From NCBI GenBank assembly GCA_041743505.1, contig JBGTMQ010000008.1:69183-133182 (forward strand): 64,000 nt of DNA, read 5' to 3'. The notes below the pieces were generated by a model. It searched no databases, had not been told where the DNA came from, and saw only the letters and a list, made by a program, of their open reading frames with translations. The number at the start of each line of letters is the position of its first letter. The first letter of the stretch is position 1. Positions 19,892 through 30,224 of the stretch are shown here, piece after piece. The DNA is from Candidatus Saccharimonadia bacterium. Lineage in GTDB: Bacteria; Patescibacteriota; Saccharimonadia; UBA4664. The translations under genes and the position numbers were made by a program.

Positions 19892-21106
19892 ATGAATCTA
19901 TTCGGTGAAGCACAGCGGCCGTTGGCTGACCGGGTCCGCCCGCGCACGCTCGACGAGTTTATCGGTCAGGCTCAAATAGTGGGGGAGGGCCAGTTCTTGC
20001 GCACTCTCATCCAGAGTGGCCAGCCGACCTCGCTCATTCTCTGGGGCCCACCTGGCACCGGCAAGACTACCCTAGCCCGGATCATTGCCGCTGGTGGCGA
20101 CTTTGCCTTTGAGGAAATATCGGCCGTCACCAGCGGCTTACCCGACGTCAAAAAGGTCATTGAGCGCGCAGCCCAGCGGCGCAAAGTCGGCCAAAGCACC
20201 GTGTTGTTCGTTGACGAAATTCACCGCTTCAACAAGGCCCAACAAGACGCCTTCTTGCCACACATGGAAAATGGCACCATTATACTCATCGGCGCCACGA
20301 CCGAGAACCCATCGTTCGAGGTCATCGGACCGTTGCTCTCGCGCAGCCGCGTCGTGGTGCTAGAATCACTCAGCCCCGACCAGTTAACGGCCATTGTTGA
20401 ACGGGGTATGCGAGAGTTGGATGGCAAAACCATCGAGCCCGAAGCCGCCCGCCTGCTGGCCGAGCTGGCCGGCGGCGATGCCCGCGTGGCCTTAGGCGGC
20501 CTGGAGACCGCCGCCGGCCTAGCCGATAGCATCACCCCCGACACCATCAAGCAAGCCATGCAAAAAACCAGCCTCAAATACGACAAAGGCGGTGAATACC
20601 ATTACAATCTCATCTCGGCCTTCATCAAGTCCATGCGTGGCGGGGCAGTCGACGCAGCCTTGTTTTACCTGGCCCGCATGCTTGAAGCCGGCGAAGATCC
20701 CAAGTTTATTGCCCGCCGTATAGTTATCTTCGCCTCCGAGGACGTCGGGCTGGCCGATAACACCATGCTTCCCCTGGCCGTGAGCACGTTTCAGGCTATC
20801 GAACGAATCGGCCTACCGGAGGGACGCATTATTTTGAGCCAGGCCACCATTGCCATGGCCAGATCCCCCAAAAACCGCGACGCCTACGACGCCATCGCTG
20901 CCGCCACCACTGCCGTCCGTGACAACCCATCAGCCGAGGTGCCCCTACATTTGCGCAATGCGCCCACCGGTCTCATGAAACAACTCGAATATGGCAAAGG
21001 CTACCAATGGAAGCCAGGGTTTGAGCATGAGCAGGGCTTTTTGCCAAAAGAGCTGACCAATCAGCATTTTTACCGCCCACATCCAGACAAACGGGCGGCT
21101 TTGTGA
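19892..21106 (+). CDS. rarA: Replication-associated recombination protein A (MgsA)
   Basis: PLADRVRP, GPPGTGKTT, DEIHRFNKAQQD, ISAFIKSMRG, VPLHLRNA. Confidence 0.96.
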   Translation: MNLFGEAQRPLADRVRPRTLDEFIGQAQIVGEGQFLRTLIQSGQPTSLILWGPPGTGKTTLARIIAAGGDFAFEEISAVTSGLPDVKKVIERAAQRRKVGQSTVLFVDEIHRFNKAQQDAFLPHMENGTIILIGATTENPSFEVIGPLLSRSRVVVLESLSPDQLTAIVERGMRELDGKTIEPEAARLLAELAGGDARVALGGLETAAGLADSITPDTIKQAMQKTSLKYDKGGEYHYNLISAFIKSMRGGAVDAALFYLARMLEAGEDPKFIARRIVIFASEDVGLADNTMLPLAVSTFQAIERIGLPEGRIILSQATIAMARSPKNRDAYDAIAAATTAVRDNPSAEVPLHLRNAPTGLMKQLEYGKGYQWKPGFEHEQGFLPKELTNQHFYRPHPDKRAAL

Positions 21107-21186
21107 GTTCTAACAAAGCCGCCCTGCCATCTGGTACTCTATGCTTCAGACGCTAGTATTCTCATTATCGTCGCTAAGGAGGCAAC

Positions 21187-21723
21187 ATGGACTTATCAGG
21201 CAAGACCGTGGCGATACTGGCCACCGGCCTATTCGAAGAAAGTGAGCTAGTCGAGCCCAAAGCCGCGCTGGACCGGGCAGGCGCCAAAACCGTAATCATC
21301 GCACCGCATGACGGCGAAATCCAAGCTCTGCGCCACGCCGACAAAACCATCACAGTTCCCGTAGACGAAGTCTTAAGTCGCGCCGCTCCTGAAGATTACG
21401 ACGCCGTAGTCTTGCCCGGCGGCGCTATGAACGCCGATCATCTGCGCATCGACAAACACGCCCAAGAATTCGTCCGCACCATTGACGAAGCCGGCAAACC
21501 AGTGGCCGCCATCTGCCACGCGCCGTGGCTACTGATATCAGCCAAGCTCGTCGAAGGCCGTAACATGACCAGCTACCACACCATTGCCGATGACCTCATA
21601 AATGCCGGCGCCAAGTGGACTAACCAAGAAGTCGTGGTAGACGGTAACTGGGTCACCTCCCGCAAACCGGCCGATATTCCAGCCTTTAATGACGCAGCCA
21701 TTAAGCTCATTGCCGAAGCGTAA
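21187..21723 (+). CDS. PfpI/DJ-1 family protein
   Basis: FEESE, LPGG, AICHAPW, TSRKPAD motifs. Confidence 0.93.
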   Translation: MDLSGKTVAILATGLFEESELVEPKAALDRAGAKTVIIAPHDGEIQALRHADKTITVPVDEVLSRAAPEDYDAVVLPGGAMNADHLRIDKHAQEFVRTIDEAGKPVAAICHAPWLLISAKLVEGRNMTSYHTIADDLINAGAKWTNQEVVVDGNWVTSRKPADIPAFNDAAIKLIAEA

Positions 21724-21744
21724 CCAGTATGGTTTAATAAGGGC

Positions 21745-21999
21745 ATGAAGAAAGCCCGAACCAAAACAACGATCCGTGAAGCCGATAGTGTCTATTTTCT
21801 CAAAATCCTGCTGTTCTTTTTGTTAAGCACGATCTGGATTAAACATAACGGCTATCTAGTGTTTCCGTTGGGGTTGGCTCTGGGCCTTCTCTTTACCCGG
21901 TCAGACCATTTTGTCATCGACCGCAAAATCGAATATGCCATTTTAATCATCGGCACCCTCTTGAGCGCCTCAGTTGGCGGAATCTGGCTAACGTTCTAG
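21745..21999 (+). CDS. Small membrane protein
   Basis: Three hydrophobic segments; DSVYFLK and IDRKIEYA motifs. Confidence 0.7.
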   Translation: MKKARTKTTIREADSVYFLKILLFFLLSTIWIKHNGYLVFPLGLALGLLFTRSDHFVIDRKIEYAILIIGTLLSASVGGIWLTF

Positions 22000-22000
22000 T

Positions 22001-22204
22001 CTAATAGTCCTCAAGCACACGCTGGATAGTGATCCACATAGTCAAAGCCATCAAACCAAATTGAGCCAGGGCTAATGCAACCCGCACTGGCGTGTAGACT
22101 GGTGGCACTAGGCCATATAAAAAGCCAATTGCAATAATAACGCCCAACAAATACATAAGCTGGCGGGCATACGTGAGGCTGGTGTATGAGTAATCTGGTT
22201 GCAT
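22001..22204 (-). CDS. Small 2-TM protein
   Basis: Two hydrophobic helices; own promoter at 22236-22264. Confidence 0.6.
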   Translation of the reverse strand: MQPDYSYTSLTYARQLMYLLGVIIAIGFLYGLVPPVYTPVRVALALAQFGLMALTMWITIQRVLEDY

Positions 22205-22235
22205 ATAAATCCTAACTTATTTGTATCAATCCTCT

Positions 22236-22264
22236 ATTGTATCACATAACATTACATTTGTCAA
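22236..22264 (-). promoter_or_regulatory. sigma70-like promoter
   Basis: Minus strand TTGACA-17 nt-TACAAT. Confidence 0.65.
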
Positions 22265-22397
22265 TAAAGTCATCCATCTGAGTCTCGCCATCTCCCCATC
22301 TCTCACGGGTGACGTCACTGGAGGGCTGCCGACAAACACCAATCGTTAGCGACTGGTTTCGAGCTAGCCCCTGGTTAGTGAGAAGTTACTGCTTAAG

Positions 22398-22441
22398 AAA
22401 AAAGTAAGGCCCCGCCGCTCTATAGTGAGAGCGGCGGGGCC
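22398..22441 (-). terminator. Intrinsic terminator of the 22523..22885 gene
   Basis: GGCCCCGCCGCTC-loop-GAGCGGCGGGGCC 13-bp stem followed by TTACTTTTTT on the minus strand. Confidence 0.75.
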
Positions 22442-22522
22442 GGATAGCGGACGTCTAACGGTTACCGGAGTTGCCTTCGATGTGTCGTCTGGACGGTCAA
22501 CCCAGCTTGTTGGGTAAAAAGG

Positions 22523-22885
22523 TCACGCTGAAATGGGTTGCGTCGCTTCTGTGGTCACACCAAGCTCAGCGTGGGCGAACCACTTGCCCGAGAGGCGGTT
22601 GGCTTCTCCGCCCCGAGCTGCCAGTGACGTTCCATCGGGGAGGCCGATGGTGATTTGCTGCGGGTGCCCGACCGCCTGGGCGTTTGAGGCGGCACAGTGC
22701 GACGAGTGGTTGATTTCGAACAGGCAGTAAGAGTCCGGATACTGGCAAGCCGTCTGCGGGTCGTGAATGTTTACAACCACGAACGGGCCGTTGCCATACC
22801 AGCTGACAGGGTGAACGCAGTCATCAAGTAGGCTCGGATTCCAGACAACGGTGTCGCCAGTCTTGAATAGAGTCGCGGTGCTCAT
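22523..22885 (-). CDS. Hypothetical protein, beta-rich with Cys/His insert
   Basis: SD AAGGAG; FKTGDTVVW start; terminator downstream. Confidence 0.65.
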   Translation of the reverse strand: MSTATLFKTGDTVVWNPSLLDDCVHPVSWYGNGPFVVVNIHDPQTACQYPDSYCLFEINHSSHCAASNAQAVGHPQQITIGLPDGTSLAARGGEANRLSGKWFAHAELGVTTEATQPISA

Positions 22886-23027
22886 TTGAGTCTCCTTGAG
22901 AAGACGGGTTGTGAAGGCAGCTCGGCATTAGACGGGACATCCCGCCGAACATCTCTACATTATAACATAAAGCGAATCTAAACACAAGTCTTACAGCCTC
23001 TTCAAACGCTCCATCAAAACATTCTTG

Positions 23028-23057
23028 TTGACAGAGAGCCATCAGATAAGCTATAGT
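23028..23057 (+). promoter_or_regulatory. Promoter of the rplC-led ribosomal operon
   Basis: TTGACA-18 nt-TATAGT. Confidence 0.65.
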
Positions 23058-23188
23058 CGCATGGTATTTGTCGGTGCCTATGCATCACAACTCGCAAGTT
23101 TCAGCTAGGACATGAGCAGGTCTGAGTAACATCAGATACCACTCGTAGCCTGGAGCTTGTTTTTGCCAGACTTTCTAACAGGGTAACC

Positions 23189-23845
23189 ATGAAGGCTATA
23201 CTCGGAACAAAACTCGGTATGACCCAACTCTTCGATGAGGCTGGCAATGTAGCCCGCGTGACGCTGATTCAGGCTGGGCCGTGCACCGTTACTCAGGTGA
23301 AAACGGTCGAGAGCGACGGTTACAACGCCGTTCAGCTCGGATTTGGCGACGCCAAGTATCAGCCCAAACCCCAGGAAGGCCACCTTAAGGCCGCCGGGGT
23401 AAATTCACGCACTATGCGTGAAATTCGCCTCAACGCTGTTAACGCGAACCACCCCAATGCCAAGGCTCAAAGCGAAGCGGAAGCCACTGCGTTGGCGCTC
23501 GAGGTTGGTGCGCAGATAGACGTATCGGCCTTCGAAGCCGGAGATGAAGTCCAGGTAACAGGTATTTCCAAGGGTAAGGGCTTTGCCGGCACCATCAAGC
23601 GCCACAACTTCCACCGCGGGCCCAAGACACACGGTTCACACAACTACCGTGCACCCGGCTCAATCGGCGCCGGTTACCCCGAGCATGTCTTTAAAGGTAT
23701 GCGCATGGCCGGCCAGATGGGCAACGCACAGGTAACCGTCAAAGGGCTCAAGGTCGTCATCGTCGATGCCGGCCGGAATGTCCTAGCAATCAAAGGCGCG
23801 GTACCCGGTCCCAAGCGCGGCACTGTAATGGTGAGAGGCTTCTAA
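23189..23845 (+). CDS. rplC: 50S ribosomal protein L3
   Basis: GTKLGMTQ, DGYNAVQLG, SKGKGFAG. Confidence 0.99.
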   Translation: MKAILGTKLGMTQLFDEAGNVARVTLIQAGPCTVTQVKTVESDGYNAVQLGFGDAKYQPKPQEGHLKAAGVNSRTMREIRLNAVNANHPNAKAQSEAEATALALEVGAQIDVSAFEAGDEVQVTGISKGKGFAGTIKRHNFHRGPKTHGSHNYRAPGSIGAGYPEHVFKGMRMAGQMGNAQVTVKGLKVVIVDAGRNVLAIKGAVPGPKRGTVMVRGF

Positions 23846-24480
23846 TGGCAACAGCGGTATCCTACTCCAAGACCGGCGCCAAGCACGACGCCGCAGCCAA
23901 GCTCAACAAGAGCATCTTTGGACTCGAAGCCAACCACGAATTAGTTGGACAAGCCTACCGGACATACTTAGCTAACGGCCGTGCCACGAGCGCCACTACG
24001 CTTAAACGCGGAGAAGTTCGCGGCGGCGGCAAGAAGCCATGGCGTCAAAAAGGCACCGGCCGTGCTCGCGTCGGTTCTATCCGCGTACCGAACTGGCGCG
24101 GCGGTGGCGTGATATTCGGCCCATCGGGCAACGAAAACTATAGCTTGACGCTGCCACTCAAGATGAAGCGCCAAGCCATCCGCCAGGCTCTCAGTCTGCA
24201 AGCCGGTGCCAGCCGCATCGCCACTATCGAAGCCTTTGACAGCCAGCAAGGCCGCGTTCGGCCAACCGTCGAGCTGCTCAGCAAGCTCGGTCTTGCCGGC
24301 AACGTCGTACTCGTGCTAGCAGCCAAAACTGATCTAACTGAGCGGGCTACCCGCAATATTTCCGGCCTGGAAGTCGTTTCGGCTACTTACCTTAACGTTT
24401 ATACAATTATGAATGCCGACCACATCATCTTCACAACAGACGCCCTCGAAACTGTTAACAGCTGGTTGGGAGAGAAATAA
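23845..24480 (+). CDS. rplD: 50S ribosomal protein L4
   Basis: GGGKKPWRQKGTGRAR. Confidence 0.99.
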   Translation: MATAVSYSKTGAKHDAAAKLNKSIFGLEANHELVGQAYRTYLANGRATSATTLKRGEVRGGGKKPWRQKGTGRARVGSIRVPNWRGGGVIFGPSGNENYSLTLPLKMKRQAIRQALSLQAGASRIATIEAFDSQQGRVRPTVELLSKLGLAGNVVLVLAAKTDLTERATRNISGLEVVSATYLNVYTIMNADHIIFTTDALETVNSWLGEK

Positions 24481-24761
24481 TGAGTCAGTTAATCCTTACC
24501 CCCAAGATCAGCGAGAAAGCCATGCATTTGGCTGAACGCGGAATTTATGTTTTTGAAGTCCCCACAAACACCAACAAAATTGAGGTCGCCAAGGCAGTCG
24601 AAGCCGCCTTCAAGGTCAATGTTACTGACGTCAACATAGTCATCGCCAAAGGCAAGGTCAAGCGGTTCCGCCGCTTCCTGGGTCGTGAACGCGACGTCAA
24701 AAAGGCTATGGTTAAGGTCAAGGCTGGTCAAGCGATCACCTTGTTTGAGAAGGGTAAATAA
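24480..24761 (+). CDS. rplW: 50S ribosomal protein L23
   Basis: PKISEKA, NKIEV, KKA; operon position. Confidence 0.97.
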   Translation: MSQLILTPKISEKAMHLAERGIYVFEVPTNTNKIEVAKAVEAAFKVNVTDVNIVIAKGKVKRFRRFLGRERDVKKAMVKVKAGQAITLFEKGK

Positions 24762-25612
24762 TGGCAGTTAAACTCTTGCGACCAACTACTCCCGGCCGCC
24801 GCGGCATGACCACGGCTGATACTTCGGCTGTGACCAAGAAGCGTCCTGAACGTTCATTAATCGTAGCCAAGAAGGCCGGTTCAGGCCGCAACAACCAGGG
24901 CAAAATCACTGTCCGTCACCGTGGCGGTGGGGTCAAGCGGTTCTACCGCCTGGTCGACTTTGATTTTCGCTCGGTAACCTCAGCCGTTGTTACTGCTATC
25001 GAATATGACCCGAACCGCTCAGCCAATATCGCTCTGGTTCAAATCGATGGTGGCAAAAAAGCCTACGTCCTAGCCGGTTCCGGCATGAAGGTCGGCGATC
25101 AGCTGGCCTCAGGAGAAGAAGCCGCCATCCGCACCGGTAATCGTCTAGCACTCAAGAACATCCCGGCTGGTACCCAGATTTACAACATCGAACTGGTGCT
25201 CGGCAAGGGCGGTCAGATCGCCCGAAGCGCCGGGGCCAAGGCCCAGCTGGTCTCCAAAGAAGCTAGTCGTGAGGGTTTCGTGCAGGTCCGCCTGCCCAGC
25301 AGCGAGGTACGTCTGATCCATCAGGACTGCCAGGCCACCATCGGTACCGTCGGCAATGAGGCCCACCAGAACATCAAGTATGGTTCGGCCGGCCGTCGCC
25401 GCCGCTTAGGCTGGCGTCCGCAGGTTCGTGGTAAAGCCATGAACCCGGTTGATCACCCGCATGGTGGTGGTGAAGGTGCCCAGCCAACAGCAATTTATAA
25501 ATATGGCCAGAAGACCCCATGGGGTAAGCCGGCGCTTGGTCTCAAGACCCGCCGTCGCAAGCTTACCAATGCAATGGTTGTCCGTGGCCGCAATCAAGGT
25601 AGGAGACGCTAG
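24761..25612 (+). CDS. rplB: 50S ribosomal protein L2
   Basis: GRNNQGKITVRHRGGG, EYDPNRSA, MNPVDHPHGGG. Confidence 0.99.
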   Translation: MAVKLLRPTTPGRRGMTTADTSAVTKKRPERSLIVAKKAGSGRNNQGKITVRHRGGGVKRFYRLVDFDFRSVTSAVVTAIEYDPNRSANIALVQIDGGKKAYVLAGSGMKVGDQLASGEEAAIRTGNRLALKNIPAGTQIYNIELVLGKGGQIARSAGAKAQLVSKEASREGFVQVRLPSSEVRLIHQDCQATIGTVGNEAHQNIKYGSAGRRRRLGWRPQVRGKAMNPVDHPHGGGEGAQPTAIYKYGQKTPWGKPALGLKTRRRKLTNAMVVRGRNQGRRR

Positions 25613-25885
25613 ATGAGCCGTTCACTCAAGAAAGGACCATTTGTAGACCAGCGCCTGCTGCAGCGAGTAGTCGCTTTAGGGCCCAATGATAAAACTGTGC
25701 TCAAGACATGGTCACGCGATTGCACGATATCACCAGAAATGGTGACTCACACCATCGCTGTTCACAACGGCCGGATGCACGTACCGGTTTTCGTGACCGA
25801 GAACATGGTTGGGCACAAGCTCGGTGAGTTCTCGCCGACCCGTAAATTCCGTCATCATGGCGGTAAGCTGGCAAAGGGTAAATAA
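25613..25885 (+). CDS. rpsS: 30S ribosomal protein S19
   Basis: [21 protein letters not shown]. Confidence 0.99.
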   Translation: MSRSLKKGPFVDQRLLQRVVALGPNDKTVLKTWSRDCTISPEMVTHTIAVHNGRMHVPVFVTENMVGHKLGEFSPTRKFRHHGGKLAKGK

Positions 25886-26298
25886 TGAAGACGAGCGCAA
25901 CAGCAAAATTCGTGGGCACGTCAGCTCGTAAAACCGGCTTGGTGGCTGGTCTTATTCGTGGACGCCGGGCAACTGACGCCCAAACCATCCTCGCCAACAC
26001 CGACAAACGCGCTACGGTGCCAATTGGTAAAGCGCTGACTTCAGCGATTGCCAATGCCGAGAATAACTTTAACGCCAAAGTCCGGGAGCTGGTTGTTGAG
26101 AGCGTATTAATTGGTCCCGGCCCATCACTCAAGCGCTCGCGCCCACGTGGCAAGGGTAGCGCTGCCCCGATCTTAAAGCGCTCCAGTCATATTACGGTGA
26201 TAGTATCCGATGGCAAGCCGGCTACCGAAGTGAACAAGCCCGCGGCAGCAGAAGAGCCAGCCAAGAACACTGACGAACCTAAGAAGGAGGCCAAGTAA
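25885..26298 (+). CDS. rplV: 50S ribosomal protein L22
   Basis: SARK, SAIANA, KRSSHITV. Confidence 0.97.
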   Translation: MKTSATAKFVGTSARKTGLVAGLIRGRRATDAQTILANTDKRATVPIGKALTSAIANAENNFNAKVRELVVESVLIGPGPSLKRSRPRGKGSAAPILKRSSHITVIVSDGKPATEVNKPAAAEEPAKNTDEPKKEAK

Positions 26299-26924
26299 TG
26301 GGTCAAAAAATCGATCCCCGCAGTATGCGCCTCCAGCTCAGCCGTGACTGGCAATCCCGCTGGTATGCAGACAAAGATTATGCCAATTATCTGATCCAGG
26401 ATCTCAAAATCCGTGGCGCTATCGCTGGGAAGCTCAACAAGCGGGCCGGTGTTGCTCGCGTTGATATTGAGCGTTCCACAAACCAATTAGTAATCACCAT
26501 TCATACGTCCAAACCAGGCGTAGTAATCGGCCGTGGTGGCTCCGGAGTTGAAGAACTCAAAAATATTTTGACCAAACTCGCCACCGGTCCACTCAAGGTC
26601 TCTATCGAAGAGGTCAAGAAACCAGAGATCAACGCCCAGCTCGTGGCTGAGAACATTGCCAGCCAGTTGGAGCGCCGCATCGGCTTCCGCCGGGCCATGA
26701 AAATGGCCGTCGAGAACGCCATGAAATCCGGCGCTCTGGGTGCTAAAGTCGCCGTAGCCGGCCGCCTCAACGGCGCCGAAATGGCCCGCCGCGAGTCAGT
26801 TTCACAAGGCAGCATCCCGCTCCATACCCTGCGCGCCGACATCGACTATGCCCGCGGCCTGGCCCGCACCACCTACGGCGTCATTGGCGTGAAGGTATGG
26901 GTCTATAAAGGCACGAAGTTCTAG
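26298..26924 (+). CDS. rpsC: 30S ribosomal protein S3
   Basis: MGQKI, PGVVIGRGG, PLHTLRADIDY. Confidence 0.99.
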   Translation: MGQKIDPRSMRLQLSRDWQSRWYADKDYANYLIQDLKIRGAIAGKLNKRAGVARVDIERSTNQLVITIHTSKPGVVIGRGGSGVEELKNILTKLATGPLKVSIEEVKKPEINAQLVAENIASQLERRIGFRRAMKMAVENAMKSGALGAKVAVAGRLNGAEMARRESVSQGSIPLHTLRADIDYARGLARTTYGVIGVKVWVYKGTKF

Positions 26925-26933
26925 GATAAAACT

Positions 26934-27359
26934 ATGTTATTACCTAAGAAGACAAAGTATCGCAAGCAAATGAAGGGTCGTCTCCGCGGCGAGGCTTCGC
27001 GTGGCACCACCATTGCATTTGGTCAATTTGCACTCAAGGCCGAAACCGGCGAGCGTATTACTAGCCGCCAAATCGAAGCCGCCCGCCGGGCCATGACCCG
27101 CTACATCAAGCGTGGCGGTAAAATCTGGATCCGCATCTTCCCCGACACTCCCATCACCAAAAAGCCGGCCGAAGTCCGCATGGGTTCAGGCAAAGGCTCC
27201 ATTGATCACTATGCCGCCAAAGTCCGTCCTGGCCGCATTATGTTCGAGATGGATGGCGTCGCTGAGGATGTAGCCCGCGAGGCCATGCGCCTGGCCGCCC
27301 ACAAACTGCCGGTCCGCACCCGGTTCCTGGTCCGCGAAATCCCGGGAGAGGTTGAATAA
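26934..27359 (+). CDS. rplP: 50S ribosomal protein L16
   Basis: [18 protein letters not shown]. Confidence 0.99.
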   Translation: MLLPKKTKYRKQMKGRLRGEASRGTTIAFGQFALKAETGERITSRQIEAARRAMTRYIKRGGKIWIRIFPDTPITKKPAEVRMGSGKGSIDHYAAKVRPGRIMFEMDGVAEDVAREAMRLAAHKLPVRTRFLVREIPGEVE

Positions 27360-27568
27360 TGAAACATCAAGAAATTACTAGAAAAACGGACGCCGAGCTG
27401 GCTGAGCTGATTCGCATGTCCCGCGCTGATCTCGCCCAAGCTGTTATCGACAGCCGCACCAAGGAGACCAAGGACGTCAAGAAACTGGCCCGGTTAAAAA
27501 AGACCATTGCCCGCGGGTTAACCATCACTCGCGAGCGGGAAATCGCAAAAATGGAGGCCGCACAATGA
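27359..27568 (+). CDS. rpmC: 50S ribosomal protein L29
   Basis: Operon position; KKTIARGLT. Confidence 0.92.
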   Translation: MKHQEITRKTDAELAELIRMSRADLAQAVIDSRTKETKDVKKLARLKKTIARGLTITREREIAKMEAAQ

Positions 27569-27816
27569 TACGCACCCTGCACGGAACGGTAGTTTCCGAC
27601 AAAATGGACAAGACGGTTGTGGTTGCGGTTAACACCGTTAAAGAGCACCCGATCTACCGCAAGAAGTACAAAGTAACCACGAAGTTCAAGGCTCACGACG
27701 AAGGCAATACCTGCCAAATCGGGGATCTTGTAGAAATCACCGAGACCAAGCCGCTCAGCCGTGATAAGCGCTGGCTGGTAGCTCGTAAGGTAACCGCCAA
27801 GGAGATGGAGGCGTAA
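27565..27816 (+). CDS. rpsQ: 30S ribosomal protein S17
   Basis: [20 protein letters not shown]. Confidence 0.99.
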   Translation: MIRTLHGTVVSDKMDKTVVVAVNTVKEHPIYRKKYKVTTKFKAHDEGNTCQIGDLVEITETKPLSRDKRWLVARKVTAKEMEA

Positions 27817-27817
27817 C

Positions 27818-28186
27818 ATGATTCAGTCAGAATCCAGACTCAGAGTCGCCGACAACTCCGGCGCCAAAGAAATCTACTGCATCAAAGTGTTAGGTGGTTC
27901 ACGCCGCCGTTACGCTGCTGTCGGCGACATCATCACAGCTAGTGTCAAATCAGCCATTCCTGGCGCTGCAGTTAAGAAAAAAGAAATTGTACGCGCCGTA
28001 ATCGTCCGCACCACCAAAGAAACAAAGCGCCCCGATGGTTCCAGTATCCGCTTCGACGAAAACGCGGCCGTATTGGTCAACAAAGACGGCCAGCCACGCG
28101 GTACCCGTATCTTTGGCCCAATCGCCCGTGAATTGCGCGACGGCGGCTACATGAAAATCGTGTCGCTCGCGCCGGAGGTATTGTAA
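27818..28186 (+). CDS. rplN: 50S ribosomal protein L14
   Basis: VADNSGA, GTRIFGP, SLAPEVL. Confidence 0.99.
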   Translation: MIQSESRLRVADNSGAKEIYCIKVLGGSRRRYAAVGDIITASVKSAIPGAAVKKKEIVRAVIVRTTKETKRPDGSSIRFDENAAVLVNKDGQPRGTRIFGPIARELRDGGYMKIVSLAPEVL

Positions 28187-28551
28187 TGAAACTTAAGCGT
28201 GAAGATAACGTCATAGTGATTCGCGGCCGCGACAAGGGGAAAACCGGTAAGGTAACCGCCATACTGCGCAGCGAGAACCAGGTTGTTGTCGAAGGTGTTA
28301 ATATGGTCAAGCGCCACACCAAACCGTCTCAGAAACAACCGCGCGGTGGAATCCTCGATATCACCAAGCCCATCGATACCGCCAAGGTTATGGTGCTCGA
28401 TCCGGCCAGCGGCAAGCCTGCCCGCATCGGTTACGAAATTAAGCCGGACGGCAGCAAAGAGCGCGTCTTTAAAGTCAGTCGCAATCATGAAGGTAAAAAG
28501 ACTAAAAAAGCCGAGCCCGCTGGGGACAGCGGCAAGGCAGGTAAGAAATGA
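28186..28551 (+). CDS. rplX: 50S ribosomal protein L24
   Basis: GRDKGKTGKV, VEGVN. Confidence 0.98.
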   Translation: MKLKREDNVIVIRGRDKGKTGKVTAILRSENQVVVEGVNMVKRHTKPSQKQPRGGILDITKPIDTAKVMVLDPASGKPARIGYEIKPDGSKERVFKVSRNHEGKKTKKAEPAGDSGKAGKK

Positions 28552-29093
28552 ATCGATTTAAGGAAAAATATGTGAAGGAAGCCGTACCAGCCCTCAAGAA
28601 AGAGTTTGGATACACCAATCCCCACCAAGTACCTCGGATTATCAAGGTAGTGGTGAGTGCTGGTGTGGGTCGCGCAGTCAGTGATGCCAAGCATCTCGAT
28701 GCCGCGGCCGAGACTCTCCAGCGGGTCACGGGACAGCGCCCGGTAACTACGGTTGCCCGTAAAAGCATCGCTTCATTCAAGCTTCGTGATGGCATGAAGG
28801 TCGGCACCACCGTAACCCTGCGCGGTGAGCGGGCGCAGGAATTTTTGGATCAGCTGGTATCGGTTGTGCTGCCGCGTATCCGTGACTTCCGGGGTATCTC
28901 CGACACTGCCTTTGATCCGCACGGCAACTATTCTCTCGGCTTATCAGAGCACAGCATCTTCCCGCAAATTCCGTTCGAGGAAGTCGGTGTCGTCCATGGC
29001 CTCCAAGTCAACATCGTCACTACCGCCAAAACAGCCAATGAAGGCAAGCGGTTACTACAGTTAATGGGCTTTCCCTTTAGGAGGACTGCATAA
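28548..29093 (+). CDS. rplE: 50S ribosomal protein L5
   Basis: [19 protein letters not shown]. Confidence 0.99.
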   Translation: MNRFKEKYVKEAVPALKKEFGYTNPHQVPRIIKVVVSAGVGRAVSDAKHLDAAAETLQRVTGQRPVTTVARKSIASFKLRDGMKVGTTVTLRGERAQEFLDQLVSVVLPRIRDFRGISDTAFDPHGNYSLGLSEHSIFPQIPFEEVGVVHGLQVNIVTTAKTANEGKRLLQLMGFPFRRTA

Positions 29094-29278
29094 TGGCAAG
29101 AACTGCTTTAATCGTAAAAGCTACGCGCAAGCCAAAGTTTTCAACCCGCAAGATCAATCGCTGCAAGGTTTGTGGTCGCTCACGTGCCTACATTCGTAAG
29201 TTCGGCCTCTGCCGTATCTGCTTCCGCGAATTTGCCTCCCGGGGTCAGGTTCCAGGTATTACTAAGGCTAGCTGGTAA
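29093..29278 (+). CDS. rpsN: 30S ribosomal protein S14 (zinc-binding type Z)
   Basis: NRCKVCGR...LCRICFR. Confidence 0.98.
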   Translation: MARTALIVKATRKPKFSTRKINRCKVCGRSRAYIRKFGLCRICFREFASRGQVPGITKASW

Positions 29279-29288
29279 GGAGTAAGTT

Positions 29289-29678
29289 ATGTTTTTCAAC
29301 GATCCAATCGCCGACTTGCTCACTCGCGTCCGAAACGCGGCCACGGCCCGCAAAAACACCGTGGTTATGCCATATTCCAAGATGAAAGAGCAGGTTGCTG
29401 GTATTCTCAAAACCAATGGCTATTTGGTAGATGTTCGCGTCGCTGAAGCGGGCGGCTTTAAGTCACTCGAGTTTACATTGCCCCAAGACCCCGAGGTTAT
29501 CACCTCATTAGTCCGCGTATCCAAACCGGGCCGCCGCGTATATGTCTCCGCCAAGGAGATCCCAAGTGTATTAGGCGGCCGGGGTTTGGTTATTATATCA
29601 ACGTCCAGCGGCATTATGTCGGGCCGCGAAGCCCGGGGCAAAGGCCTCGGCGGCGAATTAATCTGCAAGGTGTGGTAA
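29289..29678 (+). CDS. rpsH: 30S ribosomal protein S8
   Basis: DPIADLLTRVRNA, SKPGRRVY, GGELIC. Confidence 0.99.
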   Translation: MFFNDPIADLLTRVRNAATARKNTVVMPYSKMKEQVAGILKTNGYLVDVRVAEAGGFKSLEFTLPQDPEVITSLVRVSKPGRRVYVSAKEIPSVLGGRGLVIISTSSGIMSGREARGKGLGGELICKVW

Positions 29679-29679
29679 G

Positions 29680-30219
29680 ATGAGCCGGATTGGACGACAA
29701 CCAATTACAGTGCCCGCCGGCGTTACCGTCGAGCAGACCGGTCATCTTATCAAGGTTACGGGGAGCAAGGGCTCTCTTGAGCTTCAGCTCATGCCCGACC
29801 TAATCCTGAATCAAGCTGATGGTGTATTAACGCTTTCTAGAGCTATAGAGACGTCAGAAACTCAGCGCTCCTACGGCCTCATGCGCACCCTAATCAACAA
29901 CATGGTATTAGGCGTTTCACAAGGTTTCACCCGCCAGCTCGAGATTAACGGCGTCGGCTTCCGGGCCAGCGTCTCTGGCAACGTCATTACGCTGAGTCTC
30001 GGATTCTCTCACCCCATCAACTTCAACTTACCCGCCGGCGTTGACGCCAAGGTAGAGAAAAATATCATCACATTGACCGGATATGACAAACAAGCCGTCG
30101 GACAGGTTGCTGCCAATCTGCGCGCTCTCAAGAAGCCGGAACCGTACAAGGGCAAAGGTATCAAGTACGTCGAGGAGCGGATCCGCCGCAAGGCCGGTAA
30201 GACCGCTACAAAGGGTTAA
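29680..30219 (+). CDS. rplF: 50S ribosomal protein L6
   Basis: MSRIG, PEPYKGKGI. Confidence 0.99.
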   Translation: MSRIGRQPITVPAGVTVEQTGHLIKVTGSKGSLELQLMPDLILNQADGVLTLSRAIETSETQRSYGLMRTLINNMVLGVSQGFTRQLEINGVGFRASVSGNVITLSLGFSHPINFNLPAGVDAKVEKNIITLTGYDKQAVGQVAANLRALKKPEPYKGKGIKYVEERIRRKAGKTATKG

Positions 30220-30224
30220 AACTA

